A stretch of DNA of 64,000 nt from NCBI GenBank assembly GCA_963764165.1, contig CAVXRD010000001.1, positions 1,280,001-1,344,000 on the forward strand. The letters are read 5' to 3'. Both the position numbers and the translations under genes were made by a program. Below, in pieces: positions 47,170 through 56,253 of the stretch (the stretch's first letter is position 1; every line of letters begins with the position of its first letter). This DNA comes from an uncultured Verrucomicrobiae bacterium. GTDB taxonomy: Bacteria > Verrucomicrobiota > Verrucomicrobiia > Limisphaerales > Palsa-1400. Under the pieces are notes generated by a model. That model worked only from the letters and a program-made list of their open reading frames with translations, searched no databases and was not told where the DNA came from.

Positions 47170-49131
47170 TTAGCGAGCTTTGGAATCCTCCAGCACAAGC
47201 ACCTCAAACGGTTGCATCGTCATGACGGAAGACTGGCCGGTTTTCAGGAGAGTGGGCGGTTGATTGCCGTCCTTTTTCCATGGGCTGCGCATGACGAAAT
47301 GATCTTGGGATTCCGCCGGAAGCTCAAAAACCTTCGTGGCGTCCACTGTGAAACTCGATGCCTTATCATCTGGATTGCGGAGCACGAGGACACTCTTGCG
47401 CGGCGACCACGCGGCGAAGCCATAAACCTCGCCCCGCCCTGGATCTCCGCCGATCCAATGAATATCCGCCAGCACATCTGAATTGGTTTGAGACCATTTC
47501 GCGGCTTCCGCCAAATCGTCCCAATTCTGGCGATCCAGCAGCGATGGCGTGATGTACATTTCCTGCAATTGCGTGCCCATTCCGAAAAACTCGCGGGCTT
47601 GCGCGGCAAAATCGTCGTCGCTCATCGTGTTGAGATTTATGGCATTGGTCGCGTAAATCAAACCGTGCAACATGAGTGAATTGAGCGGATAAAGCGGCCC
47701 CTGTTTCACAACATTGTGGTAAGTTTCCGCGTCCCGATAGGTCATCCATCGCTGGCATGGCGAACCTTTGCCGGCAAAGTCGTGGTCGGCTCCCCCACGC
47801 CAAGTGGAATCGACGTACAACAGCCAGAATGGCGAAGGCCATGTCCCGGTGGTTTCGTTGATGTAGATGTCCGGCTTGGCCGCGCGCAAGTCCGCGATGA
47901 GGCGCATCATGCCATCGCCGTCGCGCATCAATCCCTTTTCGCTGGCCTTGGAGCCTGCGGCCAGGCCGTCGAACTTGAACTGGTTGACGGCATATTTTTG
48001 CACCATCTCCAGGCAGATGTCGTGGAAACGCTGGTAATAGCGCGGGCCGGCCAGCGAGAAGCCGTTGGCATTGGTCTCATATCCCTGTTGGCAGCCGCAT
48101 TGGATGCGTTGCTCCTTGGCACGACTGTAGCCGCCAAATGGCGAAAGCCAGACGCCGATTCCAGCTCCGTAACTTTCCGCCGCCGCTTTCAACGGCGCGA
48201 ATCCATTGGGGAAACCGCCGTGAAAATTCCACAGTGTCCGATTGTCGTCCCAGCCGTCGTCAAACAAATAGGAATCCAGCCGCACGCCCCGCTTCCTCTC
48301 CAGTTCGTCCCCGATCGCGCGGATGGCGGAAAGGCATTCCTGTTCATTGTATTTCCGCGTGTCCCAAGCAATGTCGAACCATGAGTTGTAATGCAAGAAG
48401 GGCCGGTAGGGATGCGCGCGTTCGCGCTCGATGTAAGCAAGGAATTCCCGGCGCAATTGGCCCGACCGCGTGACTCCGATGACAACACTTTGAGTCAGCG
48501 TCTCGCCAGCGCGCAGAACGGCGTTGCGAACAAAACTGCATCGCACTTCGCCGTCATCCTCGACGGTGTTATTCGCCATCGGATGCTCGTAACCAAAAAA
48601 GAAATTTCCAGCCACGACCGGCGAGCCGCCGACTGTTCCGAGAGTCTTCGCGCCCGGAATTCTCTCGTCAAGAAGAATGATCTCCCGAACCAGGACATCT
48701 TTGCCGAGGGCGCGCAACGCCAGTTCCTGGCGGATATATGTCGAGCCATCGCGCAGGGATGCGCGCCATTCGGCGGAGATTGCGTGATTCGTATCAACAA
48801 ATTCAGCGACCCATTGCCTGCCGGGAAAACGACGTGAGACTATGGGCGATTTCGGTTCGGGCGCGAGCGGCCTTTCCTCCGGCGGGCTGATGAGATGAAA
48901 GTCGGATGCTTTCACAAGCGCACCGTCGCCCAACTTAAGTTGAAAGCATTCCCCGGTTAGCTTGAGTTTGCTGTGGTTCAGTTTATCTTCCACCTCCTCA
49001 GTGCGAAGCGTTCCATTGACAATATGCCAGCGCCAGGCGATGGCTTCGTTCTCAAGAGTTCCACCGGCCGGGCTGGCGAAACTGGCGATAATTCCCAGCG
49101 AAAGGACCACACTGACAAAGATTAATTTCAC
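47170..49131 (-). CDS. Secreted glycoside hydrolase with clan GH-D (GH36/GH27-like) TIM barrel
   Basis: Signal peptide; LHYNSW; LFDDGWDD; FPNGF.PL; GVWLSPFGGY; QFKFDG (nucleophile-type K.D). Confidence 0.75.
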   Translation of the reverse strand: MKLIFVSVVLSLGIIASFASPAGGTLENEAIAWRWHIVNGTLRTEEVEDKLNHSKLKLTGECFQLKLGDGALVKASDFHLISPPEERPLAPEPKSPIVSRRFPGRQWVAEFVDTNHAISAEWRASLRDGSTYIRQELALRALGKDVLVREIILLDERIPGAKTLGTVGGSPVVAGNFFFGYEHPMANNTVEDDGEVRCSFVRNAVLRAGETLTQSVVIGVTRSGQLRREFLAYIERERAHPYRPFLHYNSWFDIAWDTRKYNEQECLSAIRAIGDELERKRGVRLDSYLFDDGWDDNRTLWNFHGGFPNGFAPLKAAAESYGAGIGVWLSPFGGYSRAKEQRIQCGCQQGYETNANGFSLAGPRYYQRFHDICLEMVQKYAVNQFKFDGLAAGSKASEKGLMRDGDGMMRLIADLRAAKPDIYINETTGTWPSPFWLLYVDSTWRGGADHDFAGKGSPCQRWMTYRDAETYHNVVKQGPLYPLNSLMLHGLIYATNAINLNTMSDDDFAAQAREFFGMGTQLQEMYITPSLLDRQNWDDLAEAAKWSQTNSDVLADIHWIGGDPGRGEVYGFAAWSPRKSVLVLRNPDDKASSFTVDATKVFELPAESQDHFVMRSPWKKDGNQPPTLLKTGQSSVMTMQPFEVLVLEDSKAR

Positions 49132-49134
49132 GTG

Positions 49135-51418
49135 TTACTGAACCAAACGATAGAATTGCGGTGATGGGCCGGCTTGAAAAACGTAAGGACTTGCCCCACC
49201 TGGCACATTAGTCCAGGAACCCGGACTTAAAGAGCCAGACTCTTGCAAAATGCCGGAGCCAGACCATGAAATTGTGATTTGGCTGCCGGCGCGAGAAATG
49301 GACAAAGGTCCCAGCACGGCGGGGGCCAAGGTATACGGGAGACCGGTGGCTATAGCAATCTCGGGCCCACGGTCGTCCTGCAGCAAGATGCGGAAGGAAT
49401 TTGTGCGGAACACCGGCGCGCCGCCAGGATATTGCGCGGAAAGCGAGACGCGAAACTCGAATTCATTTGTCGTTGCGGCGGGCGCAATGGCCCATCCCAG
49501 GTTGGAAGCGCTCCCGTCGTTGAATGATCCGTTCCGCTCGTCGTAACCGAACCCGCTTTCGATCATAAACTCCGCGCCAAACAGCGCTCCACTCACTTCG
49601 TAGCCGGTCTGGCTGTTGTCATCCGCATCAATAAATAAATGCGTGTAATAATCCGAAAATGGCCGGCAGGATGAGAATAGCTTGAAGTGTCCGTAAAGGT
49701 AGTTGCTATCGTTGGCAAACTGTATCTGGGCAAAATTCACCGCATTCGTGTCCATCGCGCCTTGGTAGCTCCAAGGCACGCCCTCCCAATCGGAAAAATT
49801 GCCGTCAATCGTGATGGTGGCGTAGTTGCCGATGATCCCGCGTGTGCCCGGCGTCGCGGCGATGGCGACGATGTTGGTGTCTTCGTGCGATGGCGACGCG
49901 CTGTCGCTGGCGCGAATGGAAAAAAAGCAAGTGGCGCCGTTCGACAATCCTGTGATGGTGTATCCGTAAGGATAAAGCCCGGGGCCAGTTCCATTTGTAT
50001 AGCTGGGCGGGAGAAACGGCACAACATTTGTCAATTTTACGGCGTTGGAAAAGTTCATAGATGCGCCGGCAAAATAGTAAATGTTATATGTCACGGGCCT
50101 TGTCTGGTCGTCCGCAATGTCCCAGTACACCGTGGCGCTCTGAGAGCCAACCGTGACTTCCTGCACACCCACGCGCGGAGCCGGTGGTGCAGGCCCTTGG
50201 GCGGCGGTGCTGTTCCATACGGGAGCCTGCGTGTCGGCATTCGTCGCCAGCCATGCGGCTGAGTTTGTGCTCAGAGGTTCGTTCAAGGAAGGATTGGTTC
50301 GGGTACAGCGGCCAGCCCTGAATCTCCATGCACTCGACATAATCCTGATTGACGATGGCCGCCGACTGAGGGGGTGTGTGATCGTAATCAATTGCAAATA
50401 CCGTAAAGCCGTCCGGGCGCCCCGCTTCCGCGTTAATCTTCGGGGCAAAATCGTATTTGTTGTCCAGGAATGAGGGAGTAATGGCATTGGTGCTCGAATC
50501 GCTGTAATAGCTTTCGAACATCACCATGTCCAGGTAAGGCCGCAGGCAATAGGGGTAAGTCTTTAAGTTCGAATCATAAAAAAACAAACCTCGATTGCCC
50601 ATGAGCAATTTGCCAACGTAGTTTGTGTGAATCCGCTGCACCAATGCCTGCATTCCAGGAGCCGTCCATTCGTATGCCAATCCCCATGTATTTGGCGCGG
50701 CGGTGTCGATGGTGTCGAGAAATAGGCCGTCGCAGTTGTAAGCGTTTCCAACGTTGGTGGTCAAAATCTCGTCCATCCCAGCCTGGCCGCTGCTGGCTTT
50801 AGTCATGTTCTTGATCACGTTCCACCAAGCGGGAGCGCCGGCGTTGACGTAATAACTTCCGAACGGTCCGTCTTCGTCCGGCTTCCCGGTCTGGTTTGTT
50901 CTTGCGTTAAGATAGTACGAGCCATAACCCGTTCCTCCTGCCGAGGGCAACCCGAGCGCATTGGTGATGCTGGACAGCGGGACGCTGTCCGAGGCACGAG
51001 GATCGACTCGCGGGCCAAGTCCGTCATCGACTAGCGGCACGCCATTTCTGTCATCTTCGCCAATTGACAAATAGGCCAGCACTTTCACGTCGTCCGCGGT
51101 TCCCAGCACACCATCCGGGCCGCTCCGAATGGTTGCGATTTGGGAAGCAGAAATGTTGCTCGCGGGGTGCAGTATCACAAGATGATAGTTGGTGCGGGCG
51201 AAGTTCACCATGGCTGCAGTCCAGTTGCCGTAGTAAATAAGGTACGGTGTCGTGGTGTTTAGGCCCGGGATCGGGCCGCTGCCGCTCGCGAGCAGTTTAT
51301 TTTGTGGGAGTAATGGGAAGAATAGGAGGTAGGCGCATGCAGCAAGCCCGGCCAAGCTAATTTTGCCTGATACTGATTTCTTCCTCCCTTGGCCGCCCCT
51401 GAAAATGATCTGCTTCAT
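49135..51418 (-). pseudogene. GH114/GH166-like endo-alpha-1,4-galactosaminidase + Fn3 + DOMON-like domain + FYR module, split by a +1 frameshift at 50301-50303
   Basis: 5' part: LAYLSIGE, DGLFLDTIDT, NRG, MFES. Removing one C from TACCCGAACC gives ...GWPLY-RTNPSLNE... and joins both ORFs into one 760-aa protein. Could be a sequencing error. Confidence 0.8.
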
Positions 51419-52291
51419 CTATCTAGGGGCCGGAATCGCCGGCGGCACCACCCAGCCCGCGTGCCAATAAAGGTTCCACAGGCCAGTTAGCTTCACGTAA
51501 GCCGAATGTCCGTCGTAAAAGGTCATATTGATGCCGTTTTGCATGCTCGCGCTGGAAGTGATCGCCGTCGGAGCAACGCCGGGCGGCTGCGACCCGTGCC
51601 GCGCAATCGTGAATCGTCCCATGTCGAAGTTGGCATTGCCGTTGTAAAGATCCGCCGAGGGGCCTTCCGTTTCCTGCGGCCATCCGTCAACCCACATCGC
51701 ATCGCCAAATATGGGCGTGTCGGTAACGTGCGCGACCGTGCTCGGGTTGGAGTATATCCAGCTCTCAGGCGCGCCTAGAAGGTCGGCAACAGAATACGTT
51801 CCGCTGTAGAGCCACCCGTTGTAAGCATAGCTTCCCGCATAATTAGTAACCGTCGGCGCCCATTTCCACATTTGAGTGGCATCGCCGTAGGTATATTCGG
51901 GGCTTGCCAGCGTCCGCGTCGTCGCCGCACTAGCCAGCGGGCAAACCCGGACCATGTTCACCTGCGCCTGATAACTCAGCAACATCGCCATCCAGAGATT
52001 CTCGTCTCCTGTGTATTGGAATTCCTTTCCAAAATCACCGACATACATGGAATGGGAGACGCCCAATTGCTTGAGATTGCTGAGGCATTGCGTGCTGGAC
52101 GCGCTCAATTTTGCCCGCGAAAGCGCCGGCAGCAGCAGCGCCGCTAGAATCGCGATGATGGCAATCACCACCAATAACTCGACCAAAGTGAAGCCGCGCG
52201 GTCGAGGGATGAACCCCACCTCGGCGAATTTCATCGCATTCGGTGTTCGACCGATTGCGATAGGCGCAATGGCTAGCTCGTCGCGCGTCAT
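51419..52291 (-). CDS. Prepilin-type N-terminal cleavage/methylation protein (DUF1559 / H-X9-DG-like)
   Basis: [40 protein letters not shown]...[10 protein letters not shown] (H-X27-DG); ATGA overlap with the upstream gene. Confidence 0.92.
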   Translation of the reverse strand: MTRDELAIAPIAIGRTPNAMKFAEVGFIPRPRGFTLVELLVVIAIIAILAALLLPALSRAKLSASSTQCLSNLKQLGVSHSMYVGDFGKEFQYTGDENLWMAMLLSYQAQVNMVRVCPLASAATTRTLASPEYTYGDATQMWKWAPTVTNYAGSYAYNGWLYSGTYSVADLLGAPESWIYSNPSTVAHVTDTPIFGDAMWVDGWPQETEGPSADLYNGNANFDMGRFTIARHGSQPPGVAPTAITSSASMQNGINMTFYDGHSAYVKLTGLWNLYWHAGWVVPPAIPAPR

Positions 52292-54978
52292 TGGGCGATG
52301 CGGAAGAATTGGGATTTGCCCGACTCGCTAACAACATACGGACTCGTGGCGCCGGAAACATTCGTCCAACTCGGGTTGCTCAAATTGGTGCATGACTGCA
52401 ACGAGCCGGGCGGATTCCAAATGATTGCAACGTTGCCGCCACTCAAATGAGCAATGTCCATCTTGCCCAGTGGCAATGGCGCGACGGAAGGAGGTGGAAC
52501 GTTGGTGTAGCCGAGCGTCCCACCCTGCGCGGGCGCTGTGTTTTCGACTACAAACGAAGGCGTCATGCCCTCGAACAGGAACTGGAACGCGTTGGTCGTA
52601 AATAGCGCCGTGCCATCCTGGAATGTGGCGGACTGGGCAATTTGAAACTCGAAATTGGTCGAGGGCGATTGCGGCAGGCAAAGCCAATCCAATCCGCTGA
52701 TGCTGACGCCGTCGTTGAAGTTCCCGTTCTTTTCCTGGTAGCTGTAGCCGCTTTGAATCAGCATTTCCGATCCAATCGCGGAGTAACCCGTGTCCGGATT
52801 GTTGTCGGTGTCAAAGAACATGTTGACGTAATACGGGAATTGGCCGGAAGCGGGATCAATGTCCGTCCACAGCGTCACCCTGAAGTAGTAGAAATTAGCG
52901 TCATTATATGCATAGATGGCGTTAAAGTCGGCCGCGTCCGTATTCCCACTCGGGGCGGTCGTGGTATAGATCGGCGCCAGGCCAATCCAATCGTTGAACG
53001 ATCCGTCTATGGTAATGTCCCGCGTAAATTGACCTGAAGTGCCGGCGGCGTTGCCGTAAAGATCATCCACGCCACTCACGGTGAGGGTATAGACCGATCC
53101 AAAATTCATCGGCGCTCCCGTGGTCAGTGTCACTTGGGAAGGGTTGCTTGGGTTTTGCACGGCGCCAATCACGCTGATTCCGCCAATGGTGTAATGAGAC
53201 GCGTTTGCGGACGAGACCGGGTCCAGCGGCTTGGAGAAGGTCACAACCACTTGGGTATAACTTGCTGTAATGCCCGTGAGCGCAGGAGGTATCCGATCCG
53301 CCAACACAGTCAGCGTCACCGGGACGCTGTTCGTTGTGTCAGCGGGGTTGCTTACTGTCACGTAATAGCTTCCAGCGTCCGACGGGGCAACGGAGGCAAT
53401 AGTGTAAGACGCATTGGTGGCGCCCGCAATGTTGGTCGAGCTATGAAACCATTGATACAAGATGGTTGGCGTGGCGGTGACCGACACGGTGAAAGCTGCC
53501 GGCGTGCCCTCGACAGCGACGACACTTGCGGGTTCGCTCGAAATGATCACGGGAGTGCTGCTTACCGTCAGCACGGCCGAGCGTGTCGTGACTCGGGAAG
53601 AGGCGTTGCTTACCACTAGAGTGTAAGTGCCCGCGTTATTGGTCAACAACGAAGGAATGGTATAGGTGGAAGAGGTGGCTCCAGCAATGGCGTTTGTCCC
53701 ATCGAATATCCATTGATAGGTCAACGGTCCGCTGCCGATAATATCCGAAGTGAATGTAACCGATTTCCCGGCGAGCACAGTCTGATCGTAAGGCTGATTG
53801 GTATCCACATTATAAACCGGGTAGGTTACCGCCGCCGTCAGCGACAAGCCGAAGATCATATCCGCACTGCTGTTGGCGGCCTGGTGAGCCTCAACTTCAA
53901 GAATATTGTCTCCGGCTTGGAGCGTTGCCCCATTCAAGCCGAAGATGCTGACCTGGCCGGCTGGCACATTTGTGCCGGTCGCCAGCGTGCCATATGAAAC
54001 CGCTCCCGCCGGCATCCGGATGCTCGTGACTTCATTGCCGTTCAGATAAAAAACCGCGCCGTCGCTAATATAGTTGGAAACCACGAAGGCAATGTTGGCC
54101 GAGTCATTCGTCCATTGAAAGTGAGTGCGGAAGTAATACGTCTCCGGGCCGCTCGAAAGCGGTGTCTGAATGGGCGGATAGCTGGAAGGCGAAGGCGTGT
54201 ATCCGAATAAACCGAGGCCGGAAGTCCATCCCGCCTGTGTGTCGTCGTAATTCTGGCCCAGCCAGTTCGTGCCGAGATCTGTGCCGGAGGCGTTCACTTC
54301 CCACGACGAGTTTTCAAGCGTGATCAACGGGGCGTTGGTTGCGACTGAACCCGGGTTTGCGGCAAAAGCGTAAACAAGCCCGCCGGATGGCGGAACGAAC
54401 TCGCTGTTGGCGTAGGCGCTCGTGTCGCCTTCCAACAGGACAGCGATTGGACTGTTGGTGCTGAAAACCATTGTTCCGTCCGAGGCGTAAGTTGCGTTTA
54501 AGGAAATCGACATTTCGAAATCGAGGCTGTCCGCCGATCCCGCAACATTCCATCCGAGGTTATTTATGTCACCTTCGTTGAAACCACCGTTTTTCTCCTG
54601 ATAGCCGCCGCCCCATTGGATGAGCATCTCCGAGCCAATGCCCCCGACTGGAAAACCAGTGGAAGCATTATCGTCGGCATCAATGAAGATATTATCGAAC
54701 GAATTTTGGAAAGCGCTGGGACGGGCGGTGTAGAGCGTGACCTGGATGTAAAGATTGCTCTCGTCATTTGCCATGTAGACGTTCTCGTATTGGATGGCGT
54801 TGGCTGACCCTTCAGTCGCCGTATACGCCAATGGCACGCCGGTCCAGTCCGCGAACGAACCGTCAATGGTGATATGCTTGAATGTTCCCGGCACCGCCAC
54901 CTGGCATTGCGCGCGCACCGCGCAAAAGGTGAGAGCAGCGAAGGTGATGACTGCGCGAAAAAGCGATTTGCAATTCAT
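52288..54978 (-). CDS. Secreted non-catalytic multidomain protein: DOMON-like x2, jelly-roll CBM-like domain, Ig x2, Big-like domain, FYR module
   Basis: Signal [32 protein letters not shown] twice; TYYFRTHF...DGAVFYLNG...VEAHQ; YQW.. Ig motifs; LQSCTNL..PSW...QFFRIAQ. Confidence 0.85.
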   Translation of the reverse strand: MNCKSLFRAVITFAALTFCAVRAQCQVAVPGTFKHITIDGSFADWTGVPLAYTATEGSANAIQYENVYMANDESNLYIQVTLYTARPSAFQNSFDNIFIDADDNASTGFPVGGIGSEMLIQWGGGYQEKNGGFNEGDINNLGWNVAGSADSLDFEMSISLNATYASDGTMVFSTNSPIAVLLEGDTSAYANSEFVPPSGGLVYAFAANPGSVATNAPLITLENSSWEVNASGTDLGTNWLGQNYDDTQAGWTSGLGLFGYTPSPSSYPPIQTPLSSGPETYYFRTHFQWTNDSANIAFVVSNYISDGAVFYLNGNEVTSIRMPAGAVSYGTLATGTNVPAGQVSIFGLNGATLQAGDNILEVEAHQAANSSADMIFGLSLTAAVTYPVYNVDTNQPYDQTVLAGKSVTFTSDIIGSGPLTYQWIFDGTNAIAGATSSTYTIPSLLTNNAGTYTLVVSNASSRVTTRSAVLTVSSTPVIISSEPASVVAVEGTPAAFTVSVTATPTILYQWFHSSTNIAGATNASYTIASVAPSDAGSYYVTVSNPADTTNSVPVTLTVLADRIPPALTGITASYTQVVVTFSKPLDPVSSANASHYTIGGISVIGAVQNPSNPSQVTLTTGAPMNFGSVYTLTVSGVDDLYGNAAGTSGQFTRDITIDGSFNDWIGLAPIYTTTAPSGNTDAADFNAIYAYNDANFYYFRVTLWTDIDPASGQFPYYVNMFFDTDNNPDTGYSAIGSEMLIQSGYSYQEKNGNFNDGVSISGLDWLCLPQSPSTNFEFQIAQSATFQDGTALFTTNAFQFLFEGMTPSFVVENTAPAQGGTLGYTNVPPPSVAPLPLGKMDIAHLSGGNVAIIWNPPGSLQSCTNLSNPSWTNVSGATSPYVVSESGKSQFFRIAQ

Positions 54979-55077
54979 ATTTTTAATTGGATCCGGGCCA
55001 AGGTTTTTACTGAAATCGCCCATATTCTAGGCGATTGCCAAAATTTGTCATGTCGCGCAAATGAACTACGCCACCTG

Positions 55078-55710
55078 CTACGGACTCGATTGCATCAATT
55101 TCGCAACGGCCTGCGACCGCGAGTGGACGTGCAGTTTCTCGTAGATGCGCCGAATATGGGTGCGGACCGTTACAAAACTGATTCCCAATTGGTCCGCAAT
55201 CTCTTTGATGAGATGCCCCTTCGAGAGCATCTTCAAGACCTCAGTTTCCCTCGCGGAAAGCTGGGCCGTCGCCTCGCTGGGCTTGCCGCCGTGGAAGAAC
55301 TGAACGACTTTGCGCGCGATTTGGCTGCTCATGGGCGATCCACCGCGGTGCGCATCGCGGATCGCTTCCGGCAAGTTCTCCGAAAGCTGCTGCTTGAGCA
55401 TATACCCGATGGCGCCCGCGCGCAGAGCGTCGAAAATTTGTTCCGGGTTTTCGTATACCGTCAGCATGATGACACGGAGCGCCGGATCGATGGCGTGAAG
55501 TTTTTGGACGCATTCAACGCCGTTCATCGCTGGCAAATTGATGTCCATGAGCAGGATGTCGGGGCGCGCCCGCGGGATGTCGCGGAGCGCGGCTTCGGCG
55601 GATGAATAATTGGCCAGAAGGCGGAACTCGCTGGACTTGTCGAGCAGACGCACAAGTCCGGCACGAACACCGTCGTCGTCCTCAACTATGGAAACAGCAA
55701 TGGGCACCAT
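55078..55710 (-). CDS. NarL/LuxR-family response regulator
   Basis: VSIVEDD; LLMDINLP; GAIGYMLK; LSARETEVL...KEIADQLGIS..TVRTH. ATG 55710 chosen; the longer ORF runs through repeats. Confidence 0.93.
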   Translation of the reverse strand: MVPIAVSIVEDDDGVRAGLVRLLDKSSEFRLLANYSSAEAALRDIPRARPDILLMDINLPAMNGVECVQKLHAIDPALRVIMLTVYENPEQIFDALRAGAIGYMLKQQLSENLPEAIRDAHRGGSPMSSQIARKVVQFFHGGKPSEATAQLSARETEVLKMLSKGHLIKEIADQLGISFVTVRTHIRRIYEKLHVHSRSQAVAKLMQSSP

Positions 55711-55859
55711 TGGATTGGTGCCGCCATTGTATACCGGAATGGGCGTCGTCCAATAAGAAAAGCGGTTTGTGGCTGTCGTGCAAATGAAGGACACGGCAGA
55801 AAGTGAGACGCGGTAGGGCGAGAATGCCAATGAACCTGTCCGATAAGCGGGGGTGGGCA

Positions 55860-55958
55860 GCATCCCGGCAGGGATGCGAGCTTGTAGCCGGTGGTTGAGC
55901 GAAGCGATACCACCGGAAACACGTCCGATAAACCCCTGCATCCTGGAAGGATGCCAGC
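55860..55958 (+). repeat. Multi-hairpin REP-like element, copy 1
   Basis: GCATCCCGGCAGGGATGC-agcttgtag-CCGGTGGTTGAGCGAAGCGATACCACCGG; copies at 58792-58887 (+) and 58952-59052 (-). Confidence 0.8.
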
Positions 55959-55971
55959 ATGAACACTTGCG

Positions 55972-56167
55972 CCGCCACGCGTGGCGGGGAGAGAGAAGGA
56001 GAGAGGGGCTTTTCATAAAAATTTCGCGAAGCAATGCGAGTTGTAAGCGTTTGGGTTTCAGTTGTTTGCTAGACTCCCCCTCTCCCTAACCCTCTCCCCA
56101 CTTCGCAGGGCGAGGGAATCAGAACGAGTCCTTCTGTTATTTGAATGCCATAAACTGAGATGCGCCC
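55972..56167 (-). mobile_element. Truncated, inverted copy of the 62443-62705 MITE
   Basis: Shares CCGCCACGC.TGGCGGGG.AGAGAGAAGGAGAGAGGGGC, CCCCTCTCCCTAACCCTCTCCCC.CTTCGCAGGGCGAGGGAA and the terminal TGAGATGCGCCC; the other end was not found. Confidence 0.75.
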
Positions 56168-56253
56168 GCGAGCAAAAAATTCACATTAGGTTCTTGCTTT
56201 TGTGTCTATTCCCGGCTTTAAGTTTCCCGGCCTGTTGTCGGAGATGCATGTTC

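Noticed and set aside
55711..56253. N-terminal extensions of the 55078-56034 and 56062-58707 ORFs
   Set aside because: They are translations of REP/MITE sequence (e.g. PLSLTLSP); better starts exist at 55710 and 56254.
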